A DNA stretch of 64,000 nt from Prochlorococcus sp. AG-363-J23 (GCA_003280245.1 QCFN01000001.1:24300-88299), one strand, 5' to 3'; shown: positions 39,990 to 50,696, counted from the stretch's first letter. Notes: a model not told the origin generated them from the letters alone. Numbers and translations: made by a program.

Positions 39990-42935
39990 TCATTTGGCTT
40001 CCATCCAGTTTTCCCCAATACCAGTATCAACTACTAGAGGTACTTTTAATTTAACTGCGTGCTCCATTGTATCTCTCACAATCTTGGTTATAATCTCTCT
40101 TTCAGATCGCTTGACTTCTAGAACCAGTTCATCATGAACCTGCAGCAACAGTCTTGCAGAAGAAGCGTAGCTATTAAGTTTTCTTTGAAGTTTGATCATG
40201 GCAATTTTTATAATATCTGCACTTGATCCTTGAATGGGGGCATTGGCGGCAGCTCTTAATTGCTGTGATTCTAAGCCAGCACGTCGAGTCATTGCCAGGT
40301 CTATTTCTTTAGTATTTTTTCCTAGGAACCTTCCTAGTCCGTTCGGGTTGAAGTGAAAATACCTTCGCCTTCCCATTAGTGTCTCGACATATCCTTTGGT
40401 TAGGGCTAGCTTTTCTTGAAGCTCTAGAAATTCAAATATCTTTTTATATCTTAGTCGATATTTTTGTAAGAATTCTTTTGCTTCAGATTGTCCTAAACCT
40501 GTTGAACGTGCAAATCTATTTGCGCCCATACCATAAATCACTCCAAAATTTATTGTTTTGCCAAGTCTTCTTTCTTCGGGCTTAATCTCATCTTTGTCAA
40601 GCAATAATTTTGCGGTAAGTTTGTGTACGTCTTCGCCATTCATGTAAGCTTCTATTAAGAGATCCTCTCCAGAAAGATGTGCAAGTATTCTAAGTTCTAT
40701 CTGCGAATAATCAGCACTTAGCAATTGCCAATCTTTATTAGGAATAAAGGCTTTTCTTATTCTCCTGCTGAAGTCAGTTCGTATAGGAATGTTCTGTAAG
40801 TTTGGATTGCTGCTGCTTAATCGACCAGTAGCAGTAATTGCTTGGTTAAAGTCAGTGTGAACTCTGCCAGTTTCTGGCTCTACTAGTTGAGGTAGTGCAT
40901 CTATATATGTTGACTGCAGTTTGCTTAGTATTCTATGTTCAATTATTAGGGGAATAAGAGGGTGATCATTTTCTAGTTTTTCAAGAACAACTGCATCGGT
41001 ACTCCAGCCGGTTTTGGTCCTACGGGATTTTTTTTTGTCTAATCTTAGGTTTTCAAAGAGTATTTCTCCTAACTGTTTTGGAGAAGCAAGATTAAATTTA
41101 ATATTTGTTAGTTCAAAAGTTTTTTCTTCTAGTGATCTTAGTGTTTCATTAATTTCTTCCGAAAGTTCTCTTAAATATACTGTATTAACTCGTATTCCAG
41201 TTGACTCCATAAGAGCAAGAATAGGCTCTAAAGGTTGTTCTATTTCATCAAGTAATTTAATTAATTTTGGATTTGATTCGAAAAGTTTTTTTCTTAAAGT
41301 AATTGCCAATTTTCTTGTTAGGTAAACATCCATTCCGCAGTATAGACTTGCAGATTTAATATCAACTGATGCAAATGTTTTTCCTTTTTCAACCAGATCA
41401 TTGAATTTTTTTGGCCTAAATCTAAATTCACGTTCAGTTATTGCATCTAATCCATGCTTTTGAGTAGAATCAAGTAAATAATCAGCCAACATTGTATCTA
41501 TACAAACGCCTTGAAGGGATAGGCCGTGTCTCAAAAGGATTAACCGATCATACTTAGCATTCTGAAGCGTTTTAGGGTGATCTTTGCTACTTATCCAAGG
41601 AGATAATGTTCCTATAATCATATCAAGAGGAAGTTGTGGAAGAGGCGTATTCGTTTCAATTAGGCTGTGTTTATCCTGGTGGCCAATAGGAATATAGGCA
41701 ATGTCTTCAATGCTTTCTCCCCAGCATATTCCGATGCCTACAAGTTCAGCCTTGAATGGATTAATGCTTGTTGTTTCTGTATCTAGGGAGACTGGATTTC
41801 TGGTCTCTTTGCAAGTCATCAATAAGTCCATCAAAGAGTTTAGTTCAGTTTTATTTGTTATTATTTGAGGTCTAATCTCTGGCAAAGAATCTATAGATTC
41901 CTTTTTGGACTTAATTTTCTCATTTTCGTCCTTAATTGACAGTTCTTTACTATTATTTTTATTGAAACCACCTTGTGAAAAGGTAGCACTGAAACTTGAA
42001 ATCTGTCTTGCTAAACTGTTTAGTTCCAATTCCTCAAGACGGATCTTAAGCCCCTCATTGTCTACTTCTTTCAGTTTAAAATCGGATTCAATTTGTAATG
42101 GAATATTGGTAAGTATTTCTGCAAGTTTACGAGATAAGAATGCGTTCTCCCGGTCTCTTTTTAGTTTGATCTTTACAGCACCTTTTAAAGCACCTTTAAA
42201 TGAATTTAAACCTTGAGATTCTATAACTTCTAAGGAATTATAGATCCCTTCAAGGTCACCATTCTCTTGTAGAAGGTTTATAGCTGTCTTAGGCCCAACA
42301 CCTTTAACTCCTGGGATGTTATCTGAGCTGTCTCCTGTTAATGCTTTTAACTCAATAACCTTATTAGGTAAAACGCCAAGTTTTTTCTTTACACCGGCCT
42401 CATCAATCAATAATGGACCGCTACTTTTTGAATATGGCCCGCCACCCATATAAAGAACAGCTATATCTGACTTGTCATCAACTAGTTGAAATAGGTCACG
42501 ATCGCCAGAGAGTATTCTTACTTTCCAACCTTGTGATGAAGTTGTTTTTGCAAGAGTTCCTAGAATGTCATCCGCTTCGAAGCCTGGAGCTATGCATAAA
42601 GGAAGGTTGAGGTTTTCTTTTAAAATACTTTGTAATTGTTCAAGATCCTGAAAAAAAATGTCTGGAGCAACATCTCTATTTGCCTTGTAATTTGGGTCGG
42701 CTTTATGTCTAAATGTTGGCTCTGCGGTGTCAAATGCTACGACAACTCCTTCAGGGCTTAGAACTTTGCAGTTGTCTAATAGTGATTTAAGAAAGCCGAA
42801 GGTAACACTTGTGGGGATACCATCCTTAGTTTTAAGGCCTCCTTCACCACTTTTGCTGAAGGCATAAAAACTGCGAAAGGCAAGTGAATGTCCATCAATT
42901 AAAAGTATTGTTGGTTTTTCTTTTTTTCTAGACAT
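39990..42935 (-). CDS. polA: DNA polymerase I
   Basis: A 5'-nuclease N-terminus (LLIDGHSLAFRSFYA) is followed by the polymerase motifs DYSQIELRILAH and QVHDELV. Confidence 0.97.
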   Translation of the reverse strand: MSRKKEKPTILLIDGHSLAFRSFYAFSKSGEGGLKTKDGIPTSVTFGFLKSLLDNCKVLSPEGVVVAFDTAEPTFRHKADPNYKANRDVAPDIFFQDLEQLQSILKENLNLPLCIAPGFEADDILGTLAKTTSSQGWKVRILSGDRDLFQLVDDKSDIAVLYMGGGPYSKSSGPLLIDEAGVKKKLGVLPNKVIELKALTGDSSDNIPGVKGVGPKTAINLLQENGDLEGIYNSLEVIESQGLNSFKGALKGAVKIKLKRDRENAFLSRKLAEILTNIPLQIESDFKLKEVDNEGLKIRLEELELNSLARQISSFSATFSQGGFNKNNSKELSIKDENEKIKSKKESIDSLPEIRPQIITNKTELNSLMDLLMTCKETRNPVSLDTETTSINPFKAELVGIGICWGESIEDIAYIPIGHQDKHSLIETNTPLPQLPLDMIIGTLSPWISSKDHPKTLQNAKYDRLILLRHGLSLQGVCIDTMLADYLLDSTQKHGLDAITEREFRFRPKKFNDLVEKGKTFASVDIKSASLYCGMDVYLTRKLAITLRKKLFESNPKLIKLLDEIEQPLEPILALMESTGIRVNTVYLRELSEEINETLRSLEEKTFELTNIKFNLASPKQLGEILFENLRLDKKKSRRTKTGWSTDAVVLEKLENDHPLIPLIIEHRILSKLQSTYIDALPQLVEPETGRVHTDFNQAITATGRLSSSNPNLQNIPIRTDFSRRIRKAFIPNKDWQLLSADYSQIELRILAHLSGEDLLIEAYMNGEDVHKLTAKLLLDKDEIKPEERRLGKTINFGVIYGMGANRFARSTGLGQSEAKEFLQKYRLRYKKIFEFLELQEKLALTKGYVETLMGRRRYFHFNPNGLGRFLGKNTKEIDLAMTRRAGLESQQLRAAANAPIQGSSADIIKIAMIKLQRKLNSYASSARLLLQVHDELVLEVKRSEREIITKIVRDTMEHAVKLKVPLVVDTGIGENWMEAK

Positions 42936-42957
42936 AGATTAATAATGATAAGGGTTT

Positions 42958-44028
42958 CTAGCTACGTTTTCTTTTGGACCATGGAGGTAAGTCAATAAAA
43001 ATAAGACTACCAGGGTTTACACCTTTCAATATCGCAGTTTTACTGCCATTACTCGTTCCAAGCTCTACTTCCTGGAATATTGGGGATTTATTTTGATCTA
43101 CAAGCAGTACACCGGGCGTACCATTTTCAGTAACTATTGCAACTGTCGGTACTAATGTCCTTAAGGCTGTCTCCCCTGTCTGAAACTCAACATCTGCAGT
43201 CATTCCTATTCTCATGAACTCCGGTGGGGTTATCAACTCTAGTTTGACTTCAAATGAAATTACGTTATTTGTTTTTGCTGCTCTAGGGGCTATTTCTTTT
43301 ACAGTTGCTTGAAATCGATTCTCAGGGAAAGCATCTACTCGAATAGTTGCCTTTTGCCCAACTTTTATTCGATTGATATCACTTTCAGGAACTTTTGCTG
43401 AAACTTCAAGTCCTTTAGAAAGCTCCAAAATTGAAGTACTTGTTGACCCTGCAATCGAAGAAGCTCTTGTTGTGGGTGCAACAAAAGCTCCAGGTTCTGC
43501 ATAGCGGGCAGTAATTACTCCATTAAAGGGAGCTCTTATAATTAATTCTTTCCCTTCCTCTTTTCTCTGTTGAAAACGAGCCTTGCTAATTAGGTATTGA
43601 TTGCGGTATTTTTCATGTTCCTCAGCACTAATTGCTCCTTCAATGAAAAGTTCTTTACGACGCTCGTAGGAAGATTTTTGCTTTTCAAAATCCGCTCTTA
43701 GTTCATCAAGTCGAAAGGGAAAGTCACCACTATCCATTTTGGCAAGAACTTGCCCTTTTTCGACTACGTCTCCCTCTTCAACATAAAGCTCTTCTAAAAG
43801 CCCTTGTCTTTCAGGGCTTACATTCACACTTCGTTCTGCCTGAAGCTCGCCACTAGAACTAATTAACCCTGGTAGTTTTCCGCTCTCAGCGGCAATGGTG
43901 TATTTAGTGAGATCTCTAACTTTGTTTTGATCTTGGTTGATTTTCCAAAATAACCCGCCCCCACTGACTATTAGAAAAGTGGTGGCAACGCTTATCCAAC
44001 GCCATCTAAGTAATTTGAATTTGATCAT
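42958..44028 (-). CDS. HlyD-family membrane-fusion (periplasmic adaptor) protein
   Basis: An N-terminal TM anchor is followed by lipoyl-like hairpins (VEEGDVVEKGQVLAKMD) and a coiled-coil segment. Confidence 0.7.
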   Translation of the reverse strand: MIKFKLLRWRWISVATTFLIVSGGGLFWKINQDQNKVRDLTKYTIAAESGKLPGLISSSGELQAERSVNVSPERQGLLEELYVEEGDVVEKGQVLAKMDSGDFPFRLDELRADFEKQKSSYERRKELFIEGAISAEEHEKYRNQYLISKARFQQRKEEGKELIIRAPFNGVITARYAEPGAFVAPTTRASSIAGSTSTSILELSKGLEVSAKVPESDINRIKVGQKATIRVDAFPENRFQATVKEIAPRAAKTNNVISFEVKLELITPPEFMRIGMTADVEFQTGETALRTLVPTVAIVTENGTPGVLLVDQNKSPIFQEVELGTSNGSKTAILKGVNPGSLIFIDLPPWSKRKRS

Positions 44029-44189
44029 TTGAGAATAATGGTGTTAATCGTAATTTGAAATCATTAACGGATTTCTTCTCTACCAAGGTATTTTACTGTT
44101 TTAAGCCTAGATGAGAACTGATGATAATGATGACTCAGACAAGCTAACCTGGATGATTAGCCTATGCTGTGTCGCGCTAGATTCGATCC

Positions 44190-45281
44190 ATGCTTAAAGC
44201 TGGAATTGTTGGCCTACCAAACGTAGGGAAATCTACCTTGTTTAACGCTTTGGTAGCGAACGCTCAGGCTCAGGCTGCTAATTTCCCCTTTTGCACAATC
44301 GAACCTAATGTAGGTTCAGTTTCTGTGCCAGATGGTAGATTGGCAACTCTCGCTGAACTTAGTAATAGCAAACAATTAATACCAACGAGAATTGAATTTG
44401 TTGATATAGCTGGATTGGTTAAGGGAGCCAGTCAAGGAGAGGGGCTAGGAAATAAATTCCTTTCTAATATAAGAGAGGTTGATGCGATTATTCATGTTGT
44501 TCGTTGCTTCCATGATCCAGATGTTGTACATGTATCAGGATCCGTAGATCCTGTTAGAGATGTTGAAGTAATTAATCTAGAACTTGCTCTTGCAGATTTA
44601 AATCAAGTAGAGAAAAGACGCGTGCGATTAAAAAAACAAGTTCGAAACAGCAAGGATGCAGAGTCAGAAGATGAATTAATGATTAGTATTCAGTCGGAAT
44701 TGGAAAAGGGAGGCGCTGTTAGGAATCTTGAATTTACTGAAACTCAAGAAAGGATGATTAAACAGCTAGGATTGCTTACTGCTAAACCAATTATTTATGC
44801 GACTAATTTGTGTGAGGATGATTTAGCAAGTGGAAACGAATTAAGTGAAAAAGTTTCAGATTTGGCTAATATAAATGGAACTAAAATAATTAGGGTTTCT
44901 GCACAAGTAGAAGCTGAACTTGTTGAGTTGACTGATAGAGACAGGAAAGATTATCTCGATGGTTTAGGTGTTTGTGAAGGCGGCTTGGAAAGTTTAATAA
45001 GAGCTACATATCAATTGTTAGGATTGAGAACCTATTTCACGACAGGAGAGAAAGAAACACGGGCTTGGACAATAAAAGAGGGGATGACTGCACCTCAAGC
45101 AGCAGGCGTTATACATACAGATTTTGAAAAAGGTTTTATTCGTGCTCAGACTATCTCCTACGAGAAATTAATTGAGGCTACTTCAATACTGGAAGCCAAA
45201 AATCGTGGTTGGTTACGTAGTGAAGGTAAAGAATATCTTGTTCAAGAAGGAGATATTATGGAGTTCCTATTCAATGTATGA
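44190..45281 (+). CDS. ychF: Ribosome-binding ATPase YchF
   Basis: Contains GIVGLPNVGKSTLFNAL and FPFCTIEPNVG, plus a C-terminal TGS-like IHTDFEKGFIRA. Confidence 0.95.
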   Translation: MLKAGIVGLPNVGKSTLFNALVANAQAQAANFPFCTIEPNVGSVSVPDGRLATLAELSNSKQLIPTRIEFVDIAGLVKGASQGEGLGNKFLSNIREVDAIIHVVRCFHDPDVVHVSGSVDPVRDVEVINLELALADLNQVEKRRVRLKKQVRNSKDAESEDELMISIQSELEKGGAVRNLEFTETQERMIKQLGLLTAKPIIYATNLCEDDLASGNELSEKVSDLANINGTKIIRVSAQVEAELVELTDRDRKDYLDGLGVCEGGLESLIRATYQLLGLRTYFTTGEKETRAWTIKEGMTAPQAAGVIHTDFEKGFIRAQTISYEKLIEATSILEAKNRGWLRSEGKEYLVQEGDIMEFLFNV

Positions 45282-45310
45282 ACCTCTAGTTTAGTGCTGG
45301 ATTTACCAGG

Positions 45311-45340
45311 TAGACAAGGCTTGTTGTCTAACCTTTTTGT
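45311..45340 (+). terminator. Rho-independent terminator of ychF
   Basis: The stem is TAGACAA-ggcttg-TTGTCTA, followed by ACCTTTTTGTT. Confidence 0.6.
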
Positions 45341-45889
45341 TTAACTTTCTGAGTCTCAAGTACTTGCTATTCTCAATAAGAAGGACGTGCCTAATAGTTG
45401 TGGTCGAATCCTTAATTATAAGACCACAAAGAGTGATGAAATTTATAGCCTAACTAACAAGGTGCTAGAACAGTCAGAGCTGCTGTTCAAGGCTTGTCTT
45501 AACGTCAGCACGAGCAACTCCTTAGGCACTCGGGGTTGATTATTTAGACTAATGTAGCCAATGGCTATATCAGCTTTGGTTTTAGAGGGTTTCGGCGAGT
45601 TCTTAAAACCGACTAATAAATAAAAGTCTCGAAGGAAGGTATCTAGAAGGTTGGTTTGAAATAGAGTTGATTGAGAATTAAAAATATGCCTACATCTGCA
45701 ATGAATGAGATGGTATTTGTCTTAAATCTTCCTTATTTACCCAGACCGATAACGCAAGTGCTATTTAACACCAGAAATTCTAATCTTTTCGTAAAAAAGA
45801 TTTATTTTTTTTGCTCAGTATCTGAGTGGCTGAAATATGATCATTTTAAGCTAGAATGAAAAAAATTCTATTTATTTTCCATATAATCA

Positions 45890-46684
45890 ATGTCTCATTA
45901 TTCATCCGAAAAAGTATTAGATGCCTTAAATAAAGCAATGCATGAGAGTTTGATTGAAAGTGAAAATGATAGTAATTTTATTCGTCGTGTTTACAATGGA
46001 GGTGATTTGGATAAATATAGATCACGTATTTATTCAATAGGTTTTTCATCACTTAAATCTCCTGTCTTAGATGCTGGCAGTGGATATGGACAATGGTCAA
46101 TCGTTTTAAGTGAATTAAATGATTCCGTAATTGGGATCGACGCAGATATTGAACGACTTAAAATTGCAAAAAATATAGCAGCTCAACTTAAAATAGAAAA
46201 TTTAAACTTTGTCGACTCTAATATGAACATTGATAAGTTTGATGATGAATTCTTTGGTGCAATATTTTGCTATAATTCTATCATGCTTTCCGCATGGAAA
46301 GATACTTTGTCGAGCTTCTACAGAGTACTTTCAAAGGGAGGCTTGTTATACTTTAACGCATATGATATAGGTTGGATGATTCATAATATTATTCAGCCGA
46401 ACAATCCCGCTCTAGATTTTGATCCATGCAAATGGTCTATAGAAACTATTCAAAATACAATTTTATATCTTACAACTAATAATTTTAATCAGAAGACATT
46501 TAAGGATGGAATGTTTATACCAATATCAGCCCTTGAAAGGGACCTTGAGGCTATAGGTTTCGAATCCTTTTCAATAGCAGGAGAAGGCTTAACAAGAGTG
46601 AATCCTGATTCCGTAGAGTTGCCATTTTATCCGCACAAACTTTATGGACAAATTGCATCATATGAAGTCCTCGCAAGAAAGTAG
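45890..46684 (+). CDS. Class I SAM-dependent methyltransferase
   Basis: Motif I is VLDAGSGYGQWS, with the post-I acidic residue in IGIDAD. Confidence 0.7.
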   Translation: MSHYSSEKVLDALNKAMHESLIESENDSNFIRRVYNGGDLDKYRSRIYSIGFSSLKSPVLDAGSGYGQWSIVLSELNDSVIGIDADIERLKIAKNIAAQLKIENLNFVDSNMNIDKFDDEFFGAIFCYNSIMLSAWKDTLSSFYRVLSKGGLLYFNAYDIGWMIHNIIQPNNPALDFDPCKWSIETIQNTILYLTTNNFNQKTFKDGMFIPISALERDLEAIGFESFSIAGEGLTRVNPDSVELPFYPHKLYGQIASYEVLARK

Positions 46685-46905
46685 GTTTTCAATTAAAATC
46701 CTGGATAGAGCCAAATCAATAATAGTCACTACTAGAAGTAAAGTCTCTTGCTTTTATTTATTTTGGTAATTATAAGCGTCTAGACTTACATCTTTAGTCA
46801 TTATTCAATGGTTCTAGGAATATTTTGAGTAATCTTGTAGCATTTAATCAAATTTTGATGAAATCAATTAATTTATTCAATCATCAAAATAGATATAAAA
46901 TAACT

Positions 46906-48087
46906 CTAATTGAATTTTTGAGGAATACAATATTTTAGGTAAAAGCTCATAGGCACAATATCTGACTTTGCTAATATATAAAATAGAGGCCTGAGGAATT
47001 CAAAGCGCTTTTTATAGCTTTTATAATCAGTATAAAGTTTATTGGGATTTTTGATTAGTTGCCAAAACTCGTTTTGTGTAAGATCTAGCCTCTTAATTAT
47101 ATAATTTAAATCTTCATGATGATAGTTTGGACTTTGTGCATAGAGAGTAATAGCCTCATCTCTAGTAATTTTTCCTGTACGTGTAAGCGCAGATAGTAAA
47201 TTATTTCTTTGATCCATACCAAACTTAATAGGATTATAGAAACTATGATGAAATGAAGATAATCTATTTTCTAAATGATGTCCTCCATAGTCTTCCCATC
47301 CAAAATTATTCTTTAGATATACTTTAGCGTCCTTTTTGGCATATGGTATATACCAAAAAGGTCTAATTCGTTTGATTTTATTTATTAATGTCCAATAAAG
47401 AAATCTTGTAAATGTTAAATTTGGGAAAGTCTTCATTTTTAAATTCCCATATAGTTTGTGTATCGAACTTATATATTTACCATCGAAATATGAATAATTT
47501 AATGGCGCTATACCTTCCTCTAGAAATGAATGACCCTCAAAAATATATTTTATACCATATTTTGATGATCCTCTATACATAACCTCAGTCATGGCTAAAT
47601 CTGTTGGGCCGTCAACCTCAGGAACGCTAGCCTTAATAAAGGATCTTAGAATATCTTCTGATTCTTTGTTATTTACAACATAGGTATATAAATCTATATC
47701 TAAGGCTCTTGTAACCTTATAGATATTTTTAACAGCAGTAGATGTATTCCATGTATTATTGTAATGGACAGCTAGGGGCCTTAGACCATATTTCCTTGCA
47801 AGAACAAGCATATAAGATGAATCAGTTCCTCCACTAACACCTATTGCAATATCATATCGCTTACCTTTTCCACTTTTTTTTATTTGTTCTACAATAAGTT
47901 CGAAGGTTTTTATTCCTTTTTCTGTTCCTGTTCCATATTCAGCGCTGAGCAGATCTATTTGTTCACAATAATTACATTCCCCTTTTTTGTTGAAGGTTAT
48001 TCCTCTTATACTTGAATCGTATATGCATCTGCTACATATTTGAACATCTTCTTGAAGTAGATTTCTCCCCTTGAATTCTGCAGTCAT
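46906..48087 (-). CDS. N-acetyl-sugar amidotransferase (WbuX/WbpG/PseA-type PP-loop ATP pyrophosphatase)
   Basis: An N-terminal Cys ribbon CSRCIYDS...GECNYCEQ is followed by the PP-loop GVSGGTDSSY. HisF-like and HisH-like genes lie nearby, as in acetamidino-sugar loci. Confidence 0.7.
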   Translation of the reverse strand: MTAEFKGRNLLQEDVQICSRCIYDSSIRGITFNKKGECNYCEQIDLLSAEYGTGTEKGIKTFELIVEQIKKSGKGKRYDIAIGVSGGTDSSYMLVLARKYGLRPLAVHYNNTWNTSTAVKNIYKVTRALDIDLYTYVVNNKESEDILRSFIKASVPEVDGPTDLAMTEVMYRGSSKYGIKYIFEGHSFLEEGIAPLNYSYFDGKYISSIHKLYGNLKMKTFPNLTFTRFLYWTLINKIKRIRPFWYIPYAKKDAKVYLKNNFGWEDYGGHHLENRLSSFHHSFYNPIKFGMDQRNNLLSALTRTGKITRDEAITLYAQSPNYHHEDLNYIIKRLDLTQNEFWQLIKNPNKLYTDYKSYKKRFEFLRPLFYILAKSDIVPMSFYLKYCIPQKFN

Positions 48088-48334
48088 CTTTTATTTAGCT
48101 ATTTTTATAAATACTAATATTTTAACATATTAGGGCATATAAATTTTAACTAATTTGTAGATATTTCTATCTCTATACCTACTTTAAATCGATACATAAA
48201 TAGCCTATTAACTTCCAATTTATTTCTTCTACCTTCTTAAGGGATAAGATGATTTTTCATGGTATTTCCATACTATAAACATTTAAAAGTTATTCTTTCG
48301 TTCAGTAACTATATTTTGAGGTTCTTATAAACTC

Positions 48335-49102
48335 TTAAAATTTGATTTGCCAATTCATAGAATCCTCTCTTTCTGGATAATTTATTAGAACCCCCATACC
48401 TTTTTTTTGATAGAGAAACATACTTCCAACCCCAGCGGCCGAAGCATTGGAATTTTTAACTATCAATTCTATATCTTTAATAGATGAACATCCACCATTT
48501 GCAATTACTGGAATCGAAACTGCATTACATATATCTTGGGTTATACCCTCCTCAAAACCGCTCAAGGTTCCTTCTTTGTCTATTGATGTTAGTAGAATCT
48601 CACCAGCACCTCTTTTTTCTACTTCTATTGCCCACTTAACTGGATCATATTTAACTCTGTTTCTACCATTCTTTTTATAAATATTGAAATTACCCATCAA
48701 ATTCTTTTTTACATCTATTGAAATAATAACTGATTGACTTCCAAAATAATGCGCCATTTCATTGATAAAGTTAGGATCTTCTAATGCTTTAGTATTTATT
48801 GAGATCTTCTCAAAGCCTATTTCGTAAATTTTCTTGGCTTGCGTTATTGTATTTATTCCCCCTCCATATGTAAGAGGAACAAAACATTCTGACGCCATTT
48901 TACTTAGTAGATTTATGTTAGGATACCAATTTCTTTTTTTAGTATTAATATCTAATATTATTAGCTCATCTACTTTTAGATCATTAAAAATTTTTACAGC
49001 ATTTATAGGATCCCCAATGTAGTTGGAATTTTTAAAATTTACAGTTTTAACTAGCAATTCATCTTCAATCAAAAGAGTTGGAATTATTCTATGGCCTGTC
49101 AT
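48335..49102 (-). CDS. HisF-like imidazole-glycerol-phosphate-synthase cyclase-subunit paralogue (WbuZ-type)
   Basis: Contains RIIPTLLIEDELLVKTVNFKNSNYIGDPINAVKIFNDLKVDELIILDI and a C-terminal IANGGCSS. Confidence 0.75.
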   Translation of the reverse strand: MTGHRIIPTLLIEDELLVKTVNFKNSNYIGDPINAVKIFNDLKVDELIILDINTKKRNWYPNINLLSKMASECFVPLTYGGGINTITQAKKIYEIGFEKISINTKALEDPNFINEMAHYFGSQSVIISIDVKKNLMGNFNIYKKNGRNRVKYDPVKWAIEVEKRGAGEILLTSIDKEGTLSGFEEGITQDICNAVSIPVIANGGCSSIKDIELIVKNSNASAAGVGSMFLYQKKGMGVLINYPEREDSMNWQIKF

Positions 49103-49329
49103 TTTTGGAAATTTTTGTATATTTGAAAAGGTTTGACCTTTTTAACTGTACTATCATAAAGTAGATCTTGAGATGAATAAATAATTTTATTGGTTTATTT
49201 GTATATTCCAACAAATAGTGCGAAAAATTTTAATTAGTTTTATTTCAGTTAATAATTAAGTTGAATATAATTTTAAAAATTATGGTCGAGCATACTTAGA
49301 TTTGTTCTCCTATTTGTAGCTAAGTGTTT

Positions 49330-49650
49330 TTAGATATTTGAATTTATCGCATTAATCTTTTCTTGATGTGCACTAATTATTAACTTCTCAGCTTGTGTCA
49401 TTAGCTTGAAGACACCTTTATCAACAACTTGATAATAGACCAAGTTACCTATTGGCTTTCTTTGTATAAGTCCAGCGATGTTTAGAACCTTAAGGTGTTT
49501 CGAGACTAATGCTTGTGACAATCCAGTTCTCTCAACAACAGCGGTCACATTTAACTGGCCATCTTTTAAAGCTTGTAAGACAGATAGGCGATTTGATTCT
49601 GAGAGCACCTTGAAGTATTCAGCAAGTCTTTGCAAGCAAAATTCCCTCAA
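49330..49650 (-). CDS. ArsR/SmtB-family transcriptional regulator
   Basis: The winged-HTH region reads FKVLSESNRLSVLQALKDGQLNVTAVVERTGLSQALVSKHLKVLNIAGLIQRK. No obvious alpha3 or alpha5 metal ligands. Confidence 0.75.
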   Translation of the reverse strand: MREFCLQRLAEYFKVLSESNRLSVLQALKDGQLNVTAVVERTGLSQALVSKHLKVLNIAGLIQRKPIGNLVYYQVVDKGVFKLMTQAEKLIISAHQEKINAINSNI

Positions 49651-49807
49651 TCAATTTGTAAGACTATAGGTATTTATATAGCATACCATTATTATACAAC
49701 TATAGAAATGATTAGAACAGTTTTTCTTGTTTATTCCTTCCATATATAGCACAATGCTTTTGAGTACTGTGCAACCGTTTAGTCTATAGCTTTTATAAAC
49801 TCTAAGA

Positions 49808-49844
49808 ACAAGTAATAATTCCACACTAGGGAATTATTACTTGT
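49808..49844 (-). terminator. Perfect 15-bp stem hairpin downstream of the 102-aa ORF
   Basis: The structure is ACAAGTAATAATTCC-acactag-GGAATTATTACTTGT. It starts 22 nt downstream of the stop at 49866. The T-tract is weak. Confidence 0.45.
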
Positions 49845-49865
49845 ATCTATATTCTGATTTTTTGA

Positions 49866-50174
49866 CTATAGCTCTTCTGTTGTATTTCCCCCGTTAGTAT
49901 TTTCTTCGGTTATTGCTTTTTGAACCTTTTCTGCTTCATCCTTAGAAAGTTGCTTCCAACCACTTTCCCATTTCTTTGATGAAAATAGTTCAATGCAGTT
50001 AACACGAATGTATATATTCTTATTTAAAATCGCAACGAGTTCAACCCATCGCTTATCTTTTTTCCCTCCATATTGTTTGACTTCAAAGTGTTTGTATCCC
50101 TTACGGCTAGTTAAAGACGTCCATGCTTTATGGGGTGGCCATCTCATAAAGGTTAAGTATGATCTAAATATCAA
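49866..50174 (-). CDS. Hypothetical protein
   Basis: A 102-aa Lys/Trp-rich ORF (possibly starting at the internal MRWPPHKAW). No motif recognised. Confidence 0.4.
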   Translation of the reverse strand: MIFRSYLTFMRWPPHKAWTSLTSRKGYKHFEVKQYGGKKDKRWVELVAILNKNIYIRVNCIELFSSKKWESGWKQLSKDEAEKVQKAITEENTNGGNTTEEL

Positions 50175-50264
50175 TTATATATCTAAATTAGACTTATGAT
50201 GTATCTGATTATAGATGCGGCCAGAAGTTATAAATTCTAGTATATTATCAATCATAAGCAGATC

Positions 50265-50696
50265 TCACTCTAATGTATCGATAATACCTTCAGTAATATA
50301 TCTAGCCATGTTCATTACATGCTTTTCGACTTCTCTTTTTGAGATTTCCCATTTAGATGAAAGGTCCTTAGGTGTTTGATTATCTTTTGCATGTTTTATC
50401 ATTGCATTAGCAAGGTAAGGTGGTAGATCAGCTTTGTTATTATTAGCTAAATCTTGCCACTCTTCTTTTGTTATTTTTCCTATAAACTCTAGATCATTTG
50501 ATTTGGAATACTCATAAAGTTTTTCTACTCCAATACATAAGAAGATTTGTCCTAATTCATGCAAAAAGCTTTCGGCATTTGTTGCTTCTTTGTATTCTCT
50601 TAGTAATGACTCTAGTTCAGCCTTCTCGTTTTCATTGCCTTCTTTAATAGAATGAAGGATTTTGTACGCTTTGCTGAATTCAACTGATTTAGTCAC
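50265..50696 (-). CDS. Hypothetical helical protein
   Basis: A 143-aa ORF. The C-terminal stretch SKWEISKREVEKHVMNMARYI could be an HTH, but this is unverified. Confidence 0.4.
   Translation of the reverse strand: MTKSVEFSKAYKILHSIKEGNENEKAELESLLREYKEATNAESFLHELGQIFLCIGVEKLYEYSKSNDLEFIGKITKEEWQDLANNNKADLPPYLANAMIKHAKDNQTPKDLSSKWEISKREVEKHVMNMARYITEGIIDTLE

Noticed and set aside
44121-44135. A possible third Zur box (TGATAATGATGACTC) upstream of ychF
   Set aside because: Only the left half-site matches and the right arm is not palindromic. This is probably chance in AT-rich DNA.
45400-45427. A tRNA remnant or att site (GGTCGAATCC resembles a T-loop)
   Set aside because: The flanking bases do not form a T-stem or an acceptor stem, and one T of the TTCGAAT loop is missing. 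It cannot be folded into any part of a tRNA.
45671-45859. A 62-aa ORF in the ychF-methyltransferase spacer
   Set aside because: The reading frame is AT-driven and low-complexity, with no start context and no motif.
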